From Tubiluchus corallicola (taxonomy: Eukaryota > Animalia > Priapulida), in contig JAQGDQ010000413.1 in assembly GCA_030141605.1 (NCBI GenBank), forward strand, positions 1 to 64,000: a stretch of 64,000 nucleotides of DNA, given 5' to 3'. Positions 39,163 through 53,679 of this stretch are shown piece after piece (the first letter of the stretch is position 1; each line of letters begins with the position of its first letter). The notes below the pieces were generated by a model. It was given only the letters and a program-made list of their open reading frames with translations. It did not search any database and was not told where the DNA came from. The translations under genes and the position numbers were made by a program.

Positions 39163-39274
<112 letters not shown>

Positions 39275-40631
39275 TTACGAAACTTTTACACATATTATCA
39301 GTAAATTTTCAGAGACTAGAGATCAAAGAATAGCCATCCTGTAGTCGCCACTGAAAACAGCAGTCACGAGCCTTTCGTAAACACTGGTCGACAAATCACA
39401 TAAAAACAGCAAAAATTCTGGCTACCACAAGATTTGAATAGGAGAACGTGACGAACTTAACCTACCTACAAAAGTGCTCTCCAACATTTTTTCATGTAGT
39501 ATGTAAGAATAAAGAAAAGAATAAAAGAAGAAGAAAGAAAAAAGAAAGGTGCAAATATAGGCGCAATAAGGGAATAAGGACTGAAAAAAGGGAAAAGCAA
39601 AGAAAGAAGGAAAGAAATAAACACTAAAAAGAAAGAAGTGAATAAGCAAATACAGGAATAGATTAATAAGAGAATAAAAACTAACTGAAACTAACTGAAA
39701 CTAACTGAACTAACTGAATAACTGAATAACTGAATAACAAATGAGTTTATCAAAAACGTAAGAACAAGAACAAGTATGAAAAAACAATAACGAAAAAAAG
39801 ACGAACGAATTGACTTTTATGGCACCCCTGCATTTTGTATATTATTTTTTATCTTTTATTTCTTATTTTTTGTATTTTATTTTTTATTATGTTTGTAGTG
39901 ACAAATGTTTAGCAAGGACAGAAAAGCCAATAGTCAAAAGCCCAGTGAATTGTCCTCTTTGAGTTGCCCTTCCTAAAGCTGATTGATGGAAGTTAAGACA
40001 ACTAGACAACATTGCAAAGCATTCACGCCCTAACCTACGCAGAGCTTCGATTATTCCAAGCAAAGCTCCTCGCACAATCGCCTCCCAAGATTAACTTGCA
40101 ATTAATAGTTTATCATTACCGCGCACAGGCTCCGAGAAGATGAGGATGCAACCGAGAAACCATTCACGGACGCTGAGGCATCTTAGTTACTGATGCAGAT
40201 ATATGCAAAGTGCTATATCGCTGACTAGCACGCACGTGCGTAGATAATAAAACAATGCCAAACAATAAAGTGCCAAGATTTATTTAACACTTGCAAAAAT
40301 CTTTCAAAAGATAATTTAACCCGCTTGGAGGCCGTTGTCTGTTGCTTTTATAAGGAATTCGCACGGCACTCATTGCAGGAAAAGCAAATAAAAGATTTGA
40401 ACGATATTGCCCAACTCAAACACTGAAATTAACATAATAATAAAATCATTTTCCAACACTAGCTACACACAAGAAGATTTGTAAAACGTATTTAAATAGT
40501 CGACGCTCTGATATCATGAATATTTTTCTGTTCAGCAAAAGTTATTCAATAAGATTTAATAGAAGTTAGTCATGCATAATATTACCCTTTATGACTGAGG
40601 TGTGTAGCTATGGGAAGTTGATCGTGCATAC

Positions 40632-40945
<314 letters not shown>

Positions 40946-42111
40946 CAGCAGCAACTTCATTATTTCAATATCGTCAATGTTGTTACTACAAGTACCACCC
41001 TCAACATCAACACTATACTCGCCACTGCCAAAACTATCACAAGGTTTCGCTCTTGTAGTCCCTACCACTGCCATTACCTTTAATACTTTCATAATTAATA
41101 ATTTGTGCTATTATTAATAATAATTTGTATTTTTAGTTTTGGGTTTACCTAAATTATAGTTCGTATCAATTTTTTTCAGTTTCACACGACATAGTGCGTG
41201 TTTTAGCTTTTCTGCTGATTTGACTGGATTATCTACTAACTAACCCACTTTGAAGTAAATCCATCAGACTGATTAGTGATCGGATTATATCAGCTTAGGC
41301 GCTAAGACCAAATAAGGGCGGAAAGTATTAAAAGAGTAAGGTCAAATGGTTCATTAGAACTGCTGGTGGAAAGATCGTATGATGCCGGATCTAGTCTTAG
41401 TTAGATCACAAAATGGCGTGCAAAAAGTGGCAACTGAAAATGTTAATAATGAATCCGTCGTACTGTATAACTTCTTTCCAGCCAATTATACTTTGGTCCT
41501 TATACAAAACATAAATGTTGTGATCTGACTAATTTTGCATATCTAAAAACATAAAGTGTTCGAAGTTTATTACAATGTTGGTAGATCACTAGATCACATC
41601 TAAAAAAATGAAGCTATGTTTTATGCACAGTTGTAAGGTATTTAAGTTCTTCATGACACCACAATTTAATTCATTTCTTTTATTTTTTACAGATAAATTT
41701 TATTTTATTTTAAAGGATGAAACCTTCTTACGATAAGGTATCAACTCATATCCATGCTTGCAATTCAAAATTCAGTACAAACCAGCCTGCACAATTGTAG
41801 CTCAAAAAGACGTAAGACAGAAACGTTTTAAGAGTAAAATGAAAAAAAACTACTTCATATTTCTGAAATCGCGCATTATTAAAAGAAGTCCAACAGTATC
41901 AACATGCTTTTTGTGTTACATATAAAAATTCTCAAGGCAACTTACTTCCTCAAGACTTCTCAGAGTTCATACTTCTGAAACAAGATATTATGAAGCTACA
42001 GCATGTAATAATAATAGCCACAGTAATTTCAAAGTCATGACAGTAGTTGTGACTTTGTAGTTTTGATATTTTTGAAGAGCGCAAGCGAAACCGTATTTAG
42101 TGTTTCTAAAA

Positions 42112-42804
42112 CAGTGGTTCCCAACCTTTTCCTTGCCAAGTACCCCTTCTAAATGTGGCGATCTTCAGCGTACCCCCACCTGATATTTTTCAACAAATCG
42201 TTTGAAAAACCAGTTTCCAGAAAACAACGATTAATATTATCGACATTTTAACTTTTTTTGAAAACATGAATTTTATCACTGATTATTAAGAAATGTGTAA
42301 TTTGAACAACTTTCTCGAATATGAAAACATCAATACAAGGAAACGCGATCTTTACAGCAGTCATAATTAATGCGCACGCTGTTCTTATCAACAAGTTTTT
42401 TTATATCAGGTTTAACTGTTGATATTGCGACTCGCATGTCGCTCCTCAAATCCAAACGGTTTCTTGCCTTCGTCTTCAAATGTAGCATTGCACTGAAGCC
42501 TAGCTCACATTTGTATCTTGTCACAAATGGAACCAACACCTCGAAAGCCAAATACAGCACAAACAAAGCAACAAAATATAAGCTTTTCGTGGGCGGGTAA
42601 AAGTATTTTCTAGCGCACTGTGCAGGAATGATATTGTTTGTGAAATATTGCCTAACCTGTAGAAAGAATATCTTGGTGTATTTCACCCTTTTCTCTGGCT
42701 ACAGAAAGAAAAAAATGTGTCGATCTGACACACCTTCTGCGTACCCCTGGCATTGCTGCTGCGTACCCCCAGGGGGTACCCGTACCCCCGGTTGGGAACC
42801 ACTG
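42112..42804 (-). mobile_element. Non-autonomous hAT element of the Buster/Charlie type, 693 bp
   Basis: Perfect TIR cagtggttcccaacc / ggttgggaaccactg; perfect 8-bp TSD ttctaaaa with central TA; subterminal gtacccc repeats. Confidence 0.96.
42380..42555 (-). pseudogene. hAT transposase C-terminal dimerisation-domain fragment
   Basis: LAFEVLVPFVTRYKCELGFSAMLHLKTKARNRLDLRSDMRVAISTVKPDIKKLV matches the Buster/ZBED5-type PF.T.Y.CE.GFS....KTK.RNRL motif. Confidence 0.9.
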
Positions 42805-43084
42805 TTCTAAAAAAAAATCGTGCTTTTCTGAAACCAATTTTTGTGAAGACAAAAAATTCAGAAGCGATGTTATTTTCGACTCCTAAAGGCTCCTAAAGTA
42901 TGACAAGCCTGAAATTATATTATTTAATTTCCGTGACGGTTTAGTTTTGAATTGAGTCGTCCTTAGCCCCTATCTGCGAAGTTATACTTGTACTAATAAA
43001 ATCTGAACCAACGTGCTCTGTATGGCGACGATGGTTTTGACACTTACGTGTTACTTAAAGGAAGACAGGATGATTCTTCACATA

Positions 43085-43305
43085 CTGCCCCATTTTGCAG
43101 TACGGTAAAAAGTAAACAATTTAACACAGTTAATACTGCAAAAGCGTTTCTGACAATTAAATAATAGATTAAAAGCTTCCTTAAAGGCAGACGAGCCCAA
43201 CTATTGATGACATCACAAACTAACATAATTTTCAACAGTGAAAATATTCCACGAGCGTGTTGCACGTGTTTACCAAAGCAAAAATTGAAATACAGCAAAT
43301 ACAGA
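43085..43305. repeat. Dispersed repeat shared with 61420-61640, partly inverted
   Basis: ttaatactgcaaa..gtttctga.aattaaataatagattaaaa is in direct orientation, while 43205-43297 is the reverse complement of ~61548-61640. Confidence 0.8.
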
Positions 43306-43869
43306 TTCGGTGTGTTGTACTAAAATTAGGCAAGTTCTAAGATAAAAATTCAAATTTCAAAATAACCGCTGCGCTCACTCATGAGCTGTCGAACGTGTGC
43401 AGTTCATCATAAACTAATACACCCGAACTGAGAGGTACAGCACCTGTTTTTTGTGCAATGTGTTTCCGAAATGCAGGCGCTAATGCCCGTCTAACTAGCG
43501 AATGAGGAAATGCATGTAACAGTGAAGAACTAGAGGCGCGAACGTGAAATTGTGTTTGTGTGGTAACAATTATTTCAAGTAAGTCATTTTTAGAAAAATA
43601 GCATGTTTGCTTTCAATATTCTAAAGAGTAGGTTGTTTTGACCTACAGTTCGAGTCCAGTTTTGCATTAATGTCGCTTTAACTGAGAAGTCATGAAGAGA
43701 GTCATGAAACCTTCTTGTGTTTGCAAGGATGACAGTAAAGTCATGACGTTTGTTAATTATATAATTTCTGCAGCCATCGTGAATATTTCAAAACCAGATG
43801 GTTTTAGCAACTCTAAACGTTCTAAATAAAAATTATGACGAGTTCTATTAGCTAGATATAGTTTATCTT

Positions 43870-44168
43870 TTCGTCACTTTTTATCAAACCGAATTTTACC
43901 GATTTGGAACACATTGCCTGCATATGTTGATGGTGCACCCCTCGTAACTGAACAAAATATTAAGTTATTTAAAAGCCGCTTATATAAAGTTAACTTGCAT
44001 AAATTCGTTGTACACAATAGACACATGTAAGCAGTTAATCTCTTTGTGTGTTTACCACACTCTTGTAAATATTTTATTTGTATGTTTTTTGCCAACGTGT
44101 TTTATATATATTGTTTTTATTGTAGACTGTATTTTACTATTGGGTGTAAATAAATTAAAATAAAAAAT
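43870..44168 (+). mobile_element. CR1 LINE 3' end
   Basis: RHFLSNRILPIWNTLPAYV...IKLFKSRLYKVNLHKF; aataaa tail. Confidence 0.85.
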
Positions 44169-44173
44169 GAAAT

Positions 44174-44386
44174 ATTGATCCGCCTGCCATTGTGTGTGAC
44201 CCAAGCCAGATCCGCTGCAGCACTGCATGTAACCCATCCGCAACATTTAATTACACGAGTCTGACCCTGTTGAATCCGCATTGATCCGCCGGGCCATTGT
44301 GTGTGACCCAAGCTAGATCCGCCACAGCACTGCATGTAACCCATCCGCAACATTTAATTACACGAGTCTGACCGTGTTGAATCCGA
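44174..44386. repeat. ~107-bp direct tandem duplication
   Basis: attgatccgcc...gttgaatccg occurs twice (44174, 44280). Confidence 0.95.
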
Positions 44387-44896
44387 TTCCTACTTTAATT
44401 ACGAACTTTCCATCATGTTGGATAAGCATTCTTCATGTAGTTTACAAGTCCTCATTGTGACCATGGCTGCCGGGCTGATTGCAGTTACTCAACATGATTT
44501 GTTTGCTTTCGACTCGAAGTTCATTTAGATTTCAAATCGCAGAAAATTTCGAGTTTGTGTTTTCTGAACGAGAAGAAATATCGACAAATAAACAGTTTCA
44601 TTTCTTACTAATAACTTTCATTTCTCACAAACTCGTTTTTATTTTCGCTAATTGCTCGTTTATATGTTTGTTTATCTGTCTGTTCGTTTGTTTGTTTGTT
44701 TGTCTGTCTGTCTGCCTGTTTGTTTGTTTGTCTGTCTGCCTGTTTGTTTGTTTGATAGGACAGGCGATGGCGTTTGTTTTACGTCATTTATAATTTATCG
44801 CTGTCTTTCTTGTCCTTGCAACGTTTTATAGTTTGCTTAAACGTTTATTTGTTTTTACGTATTTGCTGACTTCGTTTCGTTTTGTTTATTTCTTAT

Positions 44897-45166
44897 CAAG
44901 GCCTATTTCAGGGGGGGAGTGGAGTGGGGATACTTCCCCGGGGCCTCACCCTCCAGGGGGGTCTCGCGCCGAGGTAACATTATTTTTTTTTGCTTTATGC
45001 GAACATACTGTATAACTCCATATTTTCTCTTCGAAAATGCTTCTCCGGCGTTCTAGCAGTTCTAAAATTTTCTGGACGCCAACCATGGTGGCAACCGCCC
45101 CCCTCCCCCGAGCGGGCTTCCCACGCCCCACTTCCCTGGGCCTCGCTTAGGCTGAAATACGCCCTG
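44897..45166 (+). mobile_element. hAT MITE, short form (270 bp)
   Basis: TIR caaggcctatttcag / ctgaaatacgccctg; perfect 8-bp TSD tttcttat. Confidence 0.95.
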
Positions 45167-45404
45167 TTTCTTATGTTTATCTAGATTAACATATTAACAT
45201 GTTTTGTTATTATACAAAAGTTCTGTTTGAAAATACCACATTTCAAATACTATAGAAATTTCGAAATTAAATCAATTTAATTTATTTTCGTTGGAAATGA
45301 CATGGAATGCAGGCATATATCGTGCATGAATGCAAAAGAATAAAATAAAATAAAATATATGATATTGGATTTAATAAGTTTTGTCTTTACTATTAATATA
45401 TAGA

Positions 45405-45846
45405 CTAGCAAAGGCCCCGCAAAAAATTTTGCGTATAAATACACTTATAATCAATAATACGCGAACATCCTACGTAGTCCTCATTTACAACGCAAAGCCA
45501 GCAGCAGCAGCTTTTACTGAATTAAGGTTATAGGCAGAGTATAATGGATGACGTCAGAACAATGGCTTTGCATCAGCAGTTTTCCAAGCAAAAATTGCCA
45601 AAAATAGAACATGTAATTAACTCGTCGGTACTCCTTTTGGTGGACGTGTCCTAAAATATAACTCACATCATCTTGTAATCCTGTTCTTGCTCTTTCCGCT
45701 ATATATCTCCTTCCGAGAGTCCCGCCAGGCGCCGCTATGACGTTTTTTTGCATGCTGTTTGGTCAAAATTTCGAAAAAAATCGCGAGTTGTGTCCGGAAT
45801 ATGTAATATCATGGCTTGTGTACCACTCCATTTTATACACACATGA
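45405..45846 (-). mobile_element. Non-autonomous Helitron (~440 bp)
   Basis: Minus strand begins A|TCatgtgtgtataaaatg. It ends with the hairpin cgcaaaa-tt-ttttgcg about 9 nt before CTAG|T. No TSD, as expected for a Helitron. Confidence 0.65.
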
Positions 45847-46214
45847 TGTAAACGTTCTTTTCAGAGTTGCTGGAATCCTTAGAGAACGCCATGTTTTTAG
45901 CTGAGTAAATTAACTCTGCCCACCAATGAATGCAGCGACTTACCCCACTCCTCCCACCCATTGTACGGCTTGCATTCACTCAAACTGTAGCCTTAATGAA
46001 AAGCAGAAAATTTGTTCCAGTGCAAATGCTGATTTCTAATGAATTCTGCAACACCACATCTGTCTACAGATGTTCTTTTTAATTAGCTCTGTACCAGAAA
46101 ATTACACCTCGCTACGAATCGTTGTTGTGATGGACAACAGTGATGAGTAGTCGCATGATTGTGGGAGTTAATGTTGATGATAATTCTTTATTTGCACAAT
46201 ATTTGGGGGTTATT

Positions 46215-46607
<393 letters not shown>

Positions 46608-47177
46608 ATGAGCAATAGCGAAATGAAAACGAGTTTGTGGGAAACGAATTTTGTCGGAAAAAAAAATTTCGTCAAAAATACTTCTTTCGGATCTGATTGT
46701 TTTAAAACGTGAAACGGTAATTATCAAAAAATACAGTAGCCTATTAGCGCCATCCAAATATACGTGTACATTATCACTAAATACGTACGTTAGTTTTACA
46801 TTTCACGTTGCCATCAGACTATTCTAGCGAAATCAAACAAACACCTGAATATTTGCGCGTTGAAATTTTCTTTCCACACGTCTAAAATATCAAGGATATC
46901 AGCGTCCTGCTGCTACAAGCCTCAACAGGATTAGATGATTTAGAACATGATCTAAGAGATTATGGTAAATGCTAAGTAATATAAACAACTTTGTAACATT
47001 TTTCACTTGTTCTCATGACATCGCAAATCGTCTGTAGATTATGTCGACGAAATAAACAAACAAATAAACAAACAAAAATAAAGACAAGCGATAAATTGAT
47101 AGACTCTTGAAGGCAATGGACAAAAAGCGAACGAAGAAAAGTTGAATGAGTCTTAGTTTGTATATTAAATACATATT

Positions 47178-47412
47178 GGTCAGTCCGAGTAGTCAGTCAG
47201 TCAGTCAGTCAGTCGGTCGGTCGGTCAGTCAGTCAGTCAGTCAGTCAGTCAGTCAGTCAGTCAGTCGGTCGGTCGGTCAGTCAGTCAGTCAGTCAGTCAG
47301 TCAGTCAGTCAGTCAGTCAGTCAGTCAGTCAGTCAGTCAGTCAGTCAGTCAGTCAGTCAGTCAGTCAGTCAGTCAGCCAGTCAGTCAGTCAGTCAGTCAG
47401 TCAGTCAGTCAC
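47178..47412. repeat. (TCAG)n microsatellite
   Basis: Direct inspection. Confidence 0.97.
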
Positions 47413-48487
47413 TCACGCAGCCAGCCAATTTTTCGTACAGTCAGTTCACAACAGTCTTTGCCAGCTGGACGCCTGTTTGGCAGATCTGGGGGAGATGCAA
47501 TTCTTTTATTTATATAAAATATCAGGAAATTAAGTTAATGAATAAATCCGGGAAGTTTTGTTGTTCTGTATATTTCATTTTCATGTCCAATGAATCTTTC
47601 CAGCATCCGGGTCGGGGATACATCCCATCTCGACACGTGTTTTACGTTTCTGGAGTAATCCTGGAATTGCTATTTGTCCGACTTCTTCTTTCGGTTTCTT
47701 TTGAACTGGTACGCTGGGATTTATCCCGCTGAGACGGAAGGTAATAGTTGCAAGTTACAGTTTCGGGCGAATCTAGGACGAACAAATATAGTTTCTCAAA
47801 TAAAATCTTCAAAATTATTTCTGTTTAATGTTTATCAGTGCTTAATTTTAAGATAATTAAAACATAACATGTAGTACTAGTGTTTTTATACTTTTAAGTA
47901 TATTAAGTATTCTATGTTGTTATTATTAGTGCCTTAGGGTTGATCTAAAACGTAAAACGATTTAAAATTAATATTACTCATTTTAATTTTCGTGTACATT
48001 TTTTACACCTATGCATTTTATTATGTTTTTGTTAACATTTACTGATAGATGGCGCAGTTTTGTCTCACCTGCAGTACAGGTTACAGTTACTTAACGAAAG
48101 TCTCTTCATTCCGTGGTACAGATTAACTACATGTATTATATTTGGGGGGGGGGGGCGCTTTTATAATGGCAACGAACAACAAATTGTATCGAATTTCTGT
48201 TCAGTTCAGTGATAAAAGTATTTAAACTGCCTTGTTGTTTTTAGATGTTATCATTTTACAGATTTTGTGGTCGGTTCTATCATATGAGCCTTATTGTAGA
48301 TACCACAAATTTGCTTTTGTGCTTGTGATATGGAACAGATTATATCATAATAAACCATAAAATGGGTTCTTTTTAAATGTTCAAGTTTCAAATCAAGCAG
48401 CCTAAACGGTTTGCCTTTGCTTAAAGAGTACTACGTACATACTGCAGGATGTTAGAACACAGAGCTATATTCATTTGAAATAAAATG

Positions 48488-48794
<307 letters not shown>

Positions 48795-49317
48795 ACTATT
48801 TTCAAACCCTAGTTTAGATTATTTATCTAGGCTTTGACCTATTCTGCTGTTAATGATAGCTTGTATTGGACATTTTAAAATATAAGGCGTCATTACTACA
48901 ATTTGGAAAGTTAATGTGAGCCTGTCTTTTGTGCGAGGGAACACAGCTTTTTTCAGGTTTGATTAATAATAACACTTTGGATTTGTTCAATTTGTAATTA
49001 CCACAAAAAAGCACGAAAATATGCACATCCGCATTGCGTGACTCGGAAAAAATTACACACCCTGGAAGCGCAAACTTGACAGTATACAAATCTCTGTTCA
49101 CTAAATTCATGTTTTTGACACGCAATGAAAAAGATATACAATTTGCTGTGTGGTAATCGCTTACAGAATCCCCATAATTTTGTCAACTCCATGTCGGATA
49201 AATTCCCAAATTAAACACATTTTAATCTACGGTAGCCGTCATGTGTGAGGAGTTTCAAACAATGTCACTATTGAATGATTTTGTGATACAGCAGCTGTGA
49301 TTCTTTTTAATGGCCGT

Positions 49318-49401
49318 AAAGATTTTTTAGACACTGGTGGGCATCAGTTTCCTAAATTAAACTGATAACATTAATGCCCACCAGTGTCTAAAAAAATCTT
49401 T
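49318..49401. repeat. Near-perfect 27-bp inverted repeat (hairpin) with a ~29-nt loop
   Basis: aaagattttttagacactggtgggcat / atgcccaccagtgtctaaaaaaatcttt; the only difference is a 1-nt A-run bulge. Confidence 0.93.
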
Positions 49402-49839
49402 TTATCTATATTCGGTAAAGGATAGCAGACTAGGTGACTTTATAGTCTTTTCGCTATCCTTTCTCTAGTTCTAGATCTATCTATACATTTTAACCATTCT
49501 TCAAAACTTATTAGCGATTCTTTTATTAATCGTGTTTTATTGTAGCATTATAAAGAGATAAATAAATTGAAATTGAATTGAATTGAATTGTGAGTAAACT
49601 AATGATTAAACACTTTGTTGTGTTAAAAAGTGAAAAAGGCTGTTTTCTTTTTTAAATATTTTGTAATGTATAAAATAACGGAAAAATTCTTAATGTCTGT
49701 TAGAACAAATGATGGAAAATTCTGTAATGGAAAAATTTGCGATTTAATTTAGTTTATTGTGTGATTTTTTTATTAATCTACAATGTGTAATCAAAGACTT
49801 TAAAAGCACAATACGTTGCTAACGTGTTTATACACTTAA

Positions 49840-50305
49840 CCCTTTCATACCCGTTGTATCCCATGGGATACGAGAATATTCTCTGCCCTTAAAATTAATA
49901 AAATTTTAAAACTGACAGTTATTTGATCTGTTAATAGTTATTTTGATTTAAGCCAATAACATTAGACTAAAATGGTGATAAAATGTCAAACTAGAAAATC
50001 TAAATAGCATAAAAAACTGCGCAAGGTACAGAGTACAAGTACTTTAGAGATGATTTTGTACAGATCAGCATAGCGTGCATACTAAATGTCTTAAATACTT
50101 TAAAAAATTATCAGCAGTTGCAAAATGAAGCACATTTTATGCTTCTATTGAATCCTAATGTATCCCGTGGGATACAGGCTGTATTTAGCATGCGGGCACA
50201 GGTAGAAAAAAATAATTATTATGTGTAAACAAGATGGACATACTGAAAAAAAGTAGCAAGCCAAAAAAATTTTTCTTATTAAAAAATAATTTGGGACTGA
50301 AAGGG
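49840..50305. mobile_element. piggyBac-type MITE, 466 bp
   Basis: TTAA TSDs (49836-49839, 50306-50309); TIR ccctttca / tgaaaggg; internal palindrome gtatccc(a/g)tgggatac present twice. Confidence 0.92.
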
Positions 50306-50594
50306 TTAAGAAAGATGAGACCGTGCTCTACGAAAGCGTATGAAGACTACGATGTCCCATTATAAATTTTTTTAATAATCGGACGGAAAACGAAAAACTT
50401 GTTATAATCAGCTTATTCATAATCAGATATCATGGCCCTATTACGCATTCGTAGTATTCTCCCTCATTATAAAGGCTATGAGCCACTGGACCAGCTGAGT
50501 TATCCCAACAACATTTTGAGATGACTACATCCTCCCTTGACGTGGTAAACAATCACAATCAGTACGGTGAATGAAACAGCCCAAAGCTGTTATT

Positions 50595-50815
50595 ATATTA
50601 TTAATATTATTTATTTTGATGTTACTCACAGAAAATGTGCATACAGTTTATACGTCAGGCTGAATAACAGTGAAAATTTTATATGCAAGAACATTTTAAA
50701 CAGTGATGCAAACTTTTCTTCTGTAATTAGACGTCATTGGCGTAGTTTGTTAATCGTTAATTGTTATTTGTGTCAGTCAGTCGGTCGGTCAGTCAGTCAC
50801 TCAGTCAATCAGTCA

Positions 50816-50863
<48 letters not shown>

Positions 50864-51061
50864 CTCAGTCAGTCAGTCAGTAAGCAGTGATGCAAACTTT
50901 ACTTCTGTAATTAGACGTCATTGGCGTAGTTTGTTATATCGTTAATTGTTATTTGTGTTGTTGTTGTGTGTCATGATTTATTGTATTATTTGTATTAATT
51001 TGTGATGTGTATATGAACTTTGTAAAGTTTGAAATAAAATATTAAATCAAATCAAATCAAA
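50595..51061 (+). mobile_element. RTE-X LINE 3' fragment with an internal ~70-bp duplication flanking (TCAG)n
   Basis: INIIYFDVTHRKCAYSLYVRLNNSENFICKNILNSDANFSSVIRRHWRSLL aligns with the end of the 38344 ORF; (aaatc)n tail. Confidence 0.85.
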
Positions 51062-52280
51062 GCGAGTACCGAACCTTGAACCCTGTGCTCAACTATACGT
51101 CCACTGACGAGTCCCGACATTGCTTTATTTCGGTTGCCAGGGACGCCTCTTGGCTATCAGCTACATAAAACGTTTATTCTTATTCTCAGATTATGAACTT
51201 TGATAAAGACACGACTTTCCCATTACGCAAAGATCTAACTGCACAGGATGTACTACTTTGTCAGACATCTTTCTGCTGTTGCCACACTGTCAGATATGGA
51301 GTGATCAACGAGCCAATGTAATTACCTTTCATGACACTGAACATGTTTGGATGGACAACACGGCAGCGGCTAGATTTACCAAACATGGACAGGGTCAACA
51401 GCGCAAATGTGGCCATTACTACGCAAATCTGTTTTCTAAATTTGCCTTGTAATGAAACAGGACGAGCTTGTAAATGTGTGATGAGACCGGATCCAGAAAA
51501 TGACGACGCGAGGTTGCAGAGGCATTGACTCACTGTGTATGCTGGAGCCACCCAATTGTCGTACAGGCCCGGAATAATCAATCATACTTACAATTTGTTA
51601 TAGTTTTTCAAGAAACAAATCAATTTTTTTCAAAATAGTTGCAGATGAAATGAAACCTTTTGATCATTTTTCAGTTAAATTAAATGGAAATTTGAAACTA
51701 ACTATGGCACTGGTCGGCTGCTACACGTGCGCCACCTTTTCCAAAACATTCCCTTCATTGATTTCCAACATCAGTATCTCAACTTTAATGTTTGCAAAAA
51801 AATCTCTAATTATTATAACAAATCCATTTACGAATTGGTCTTAGTCTGTAGGTGGCCACATAAATAAATCTGACATCCAAGTATTTCAAATCAGTCAAAC
51901 TGGACTGATCCACGCCAGGTTGTTTCAGGGAACGATCCACCAGACCGGGAAGTGTTGTGTTGAGAAAACCAGCGCCATGTTACGTTTTTTTCATTTTAAA
52001 TGCTTTATTTCACAAGCATAAACACAAGTACAATTAACAAATCACATGCTTAAATAAACAACTTATACAGGAACACATCCCTACAAATAGAGGGCTCTTT
52101 TTGAACATAGTTGATTAAAAAATACCATAATTTATAACAAACACATCTACATATATATATATATCACAGTGCTGGTTGAAAACATTAATTCTTAGCAAAA
52201 TTTATAACAGGTTAAACAAATCAAGTCCCTATCAGCATTTAAAACAAAATTAAAATCACTAATATTAACCAGATATGAAA

Positions 52281-52563
52281 TACCATCACACCAGTACGAC
52301 AACATACACACTAATTCAGAATTCATATATCCACGGCCATGTTAATTAAATCATAGTTTTTTATTTTTTTGTGCATAGTTGTAAATACGTTTGATTTTAT
52401 TCGTCGTTACTTTCCATTACTGCACAGTAGTTTAGATTGCACTGACGCATTTGCCTTTAGCAGTGTAAGTTTTTATTAACTAACACTGATTGATTATCTC
52501 TGTAAAGTTTTTATCAGTGATTATCAACGTATTTTAATGGTAAATAAAGATTATATATATATA
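52281..52563 (+). mobile_element. LINE-derived 3' UTR repeat with (TA)n tail; partner of 14728-15039
   Basis: Reverse-complement match over ~280 bp. Confidence 0.85.
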
Positions 52564-53121
52564 ATTCGTACCTCTTAATTTCGAATCACGTATTGTTGAA
52601 ATTTTATGCACATAGTTAGTCAACAATTTCTTAACTTCCTCATCTCCACTTTTGTTTAAAAATATAAACTTATTAATATCACACATGGATGGAAATGCTG
52701 GAAAACTTCCACATCTCCACTTTTGTTTAAAAATATAAACTTATTAATATCATACATTTATGGGTATTGTGGAAAAATATCTGACATTTGATATTATAGC
52801 AACTCACTTAAAGTTTAATACCAAAAGAATGTTCAAAGACTGATTTCGATTCGTTGCGCAATTTACCGAGATTGGAGAAAAAATTAAAAAGGAAATCACG
52901 CATATAGTGATTTTTAAGGCTACTATTTTGAGAAGCCATGCAACCATTGTACCTATTGAAATCTCACATCATTGCAGACCCTTGTTTTCAAAATGACAGA
53001 CCCTCGTGTCCCGAAAATGAGTATTTCCGTTGCTCAGCTCAGGGGCTGGGCTAGCCATTTCAGCAACTTAGCTATTTATTTTCAATAGCCACCTAGACTC
53101 AAAGTAAACAAAATAGATATT

Positions 53122-53307
53122 TTTAGATATTTATTAGTGTCAAAAATACATACAATAGAAGAAAAAACAAGACATAGATACAATTTCAATTTTGAAATAT
53201 AATGACACTACATACAAACAAAAGAATTACTAATAAAACATATATTATCAAATCTTCCAGTTAGTTATATTAGGTACTTAATGAAAAGTTTAGTGATTAG
53301 CATTTAA
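53122..53307 (-). mobile_element. LINE 3' end; unexpanded paralogue of 2183-3608
   Basis: Contains a single copy of caagacatagatacaatttcaattttgaaatata between the same flanks. Confidence 0.8.
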
Positions 53308-53679
53308 GATAGATTCTCATTCATTAGGCCTCATTTTCAATGATATGATCATTACATAGTATATTTTTCATCATGTCTTAAAAACGCTTTTTCAGCTTTA
53401 ATTACATTCTAAATCAGTACTTTTCATCACGAATAAGAATTTATCAGCATCGCTCACAAGGAAAAATGCTGGTATAATTACATTGATGTGATTATATAAT
53501 TTCCTCCTAAAATCATTGTAATATGGGCATTTTATTACAAAGTGTAATTCGTCTTCAATTACGCTTTCATTAAAAATATTAGAATTAATTAAAAATAAAA
53601 TTCATTAATATCATTCTAGCGTGAGCCCCCTAACGCAAGGTTAGTCACAAGATTAACTAAGACCGACAAACCTGCAATG

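Noticed and set aside
51258-51581. Overlapping 64-106-aa ORFs in a GC-richer patch
   Set aside because: No ATG-initiated frame with recognisable homology; probably non-coding.
52635-52760. ~73-bp-spaced direct duplication (similar small ones at 5083-5150 and 27790-27830)
   Set aside because: Ordinary local tandem duplications with no further structure.
53040-53632. hAT MITE (caggggct..gctag / ctagcgtgagcccc) enclosing the LINE tail
   Set aside because: TIRs are degenerate and no TSD is found; plausible but unsupported.
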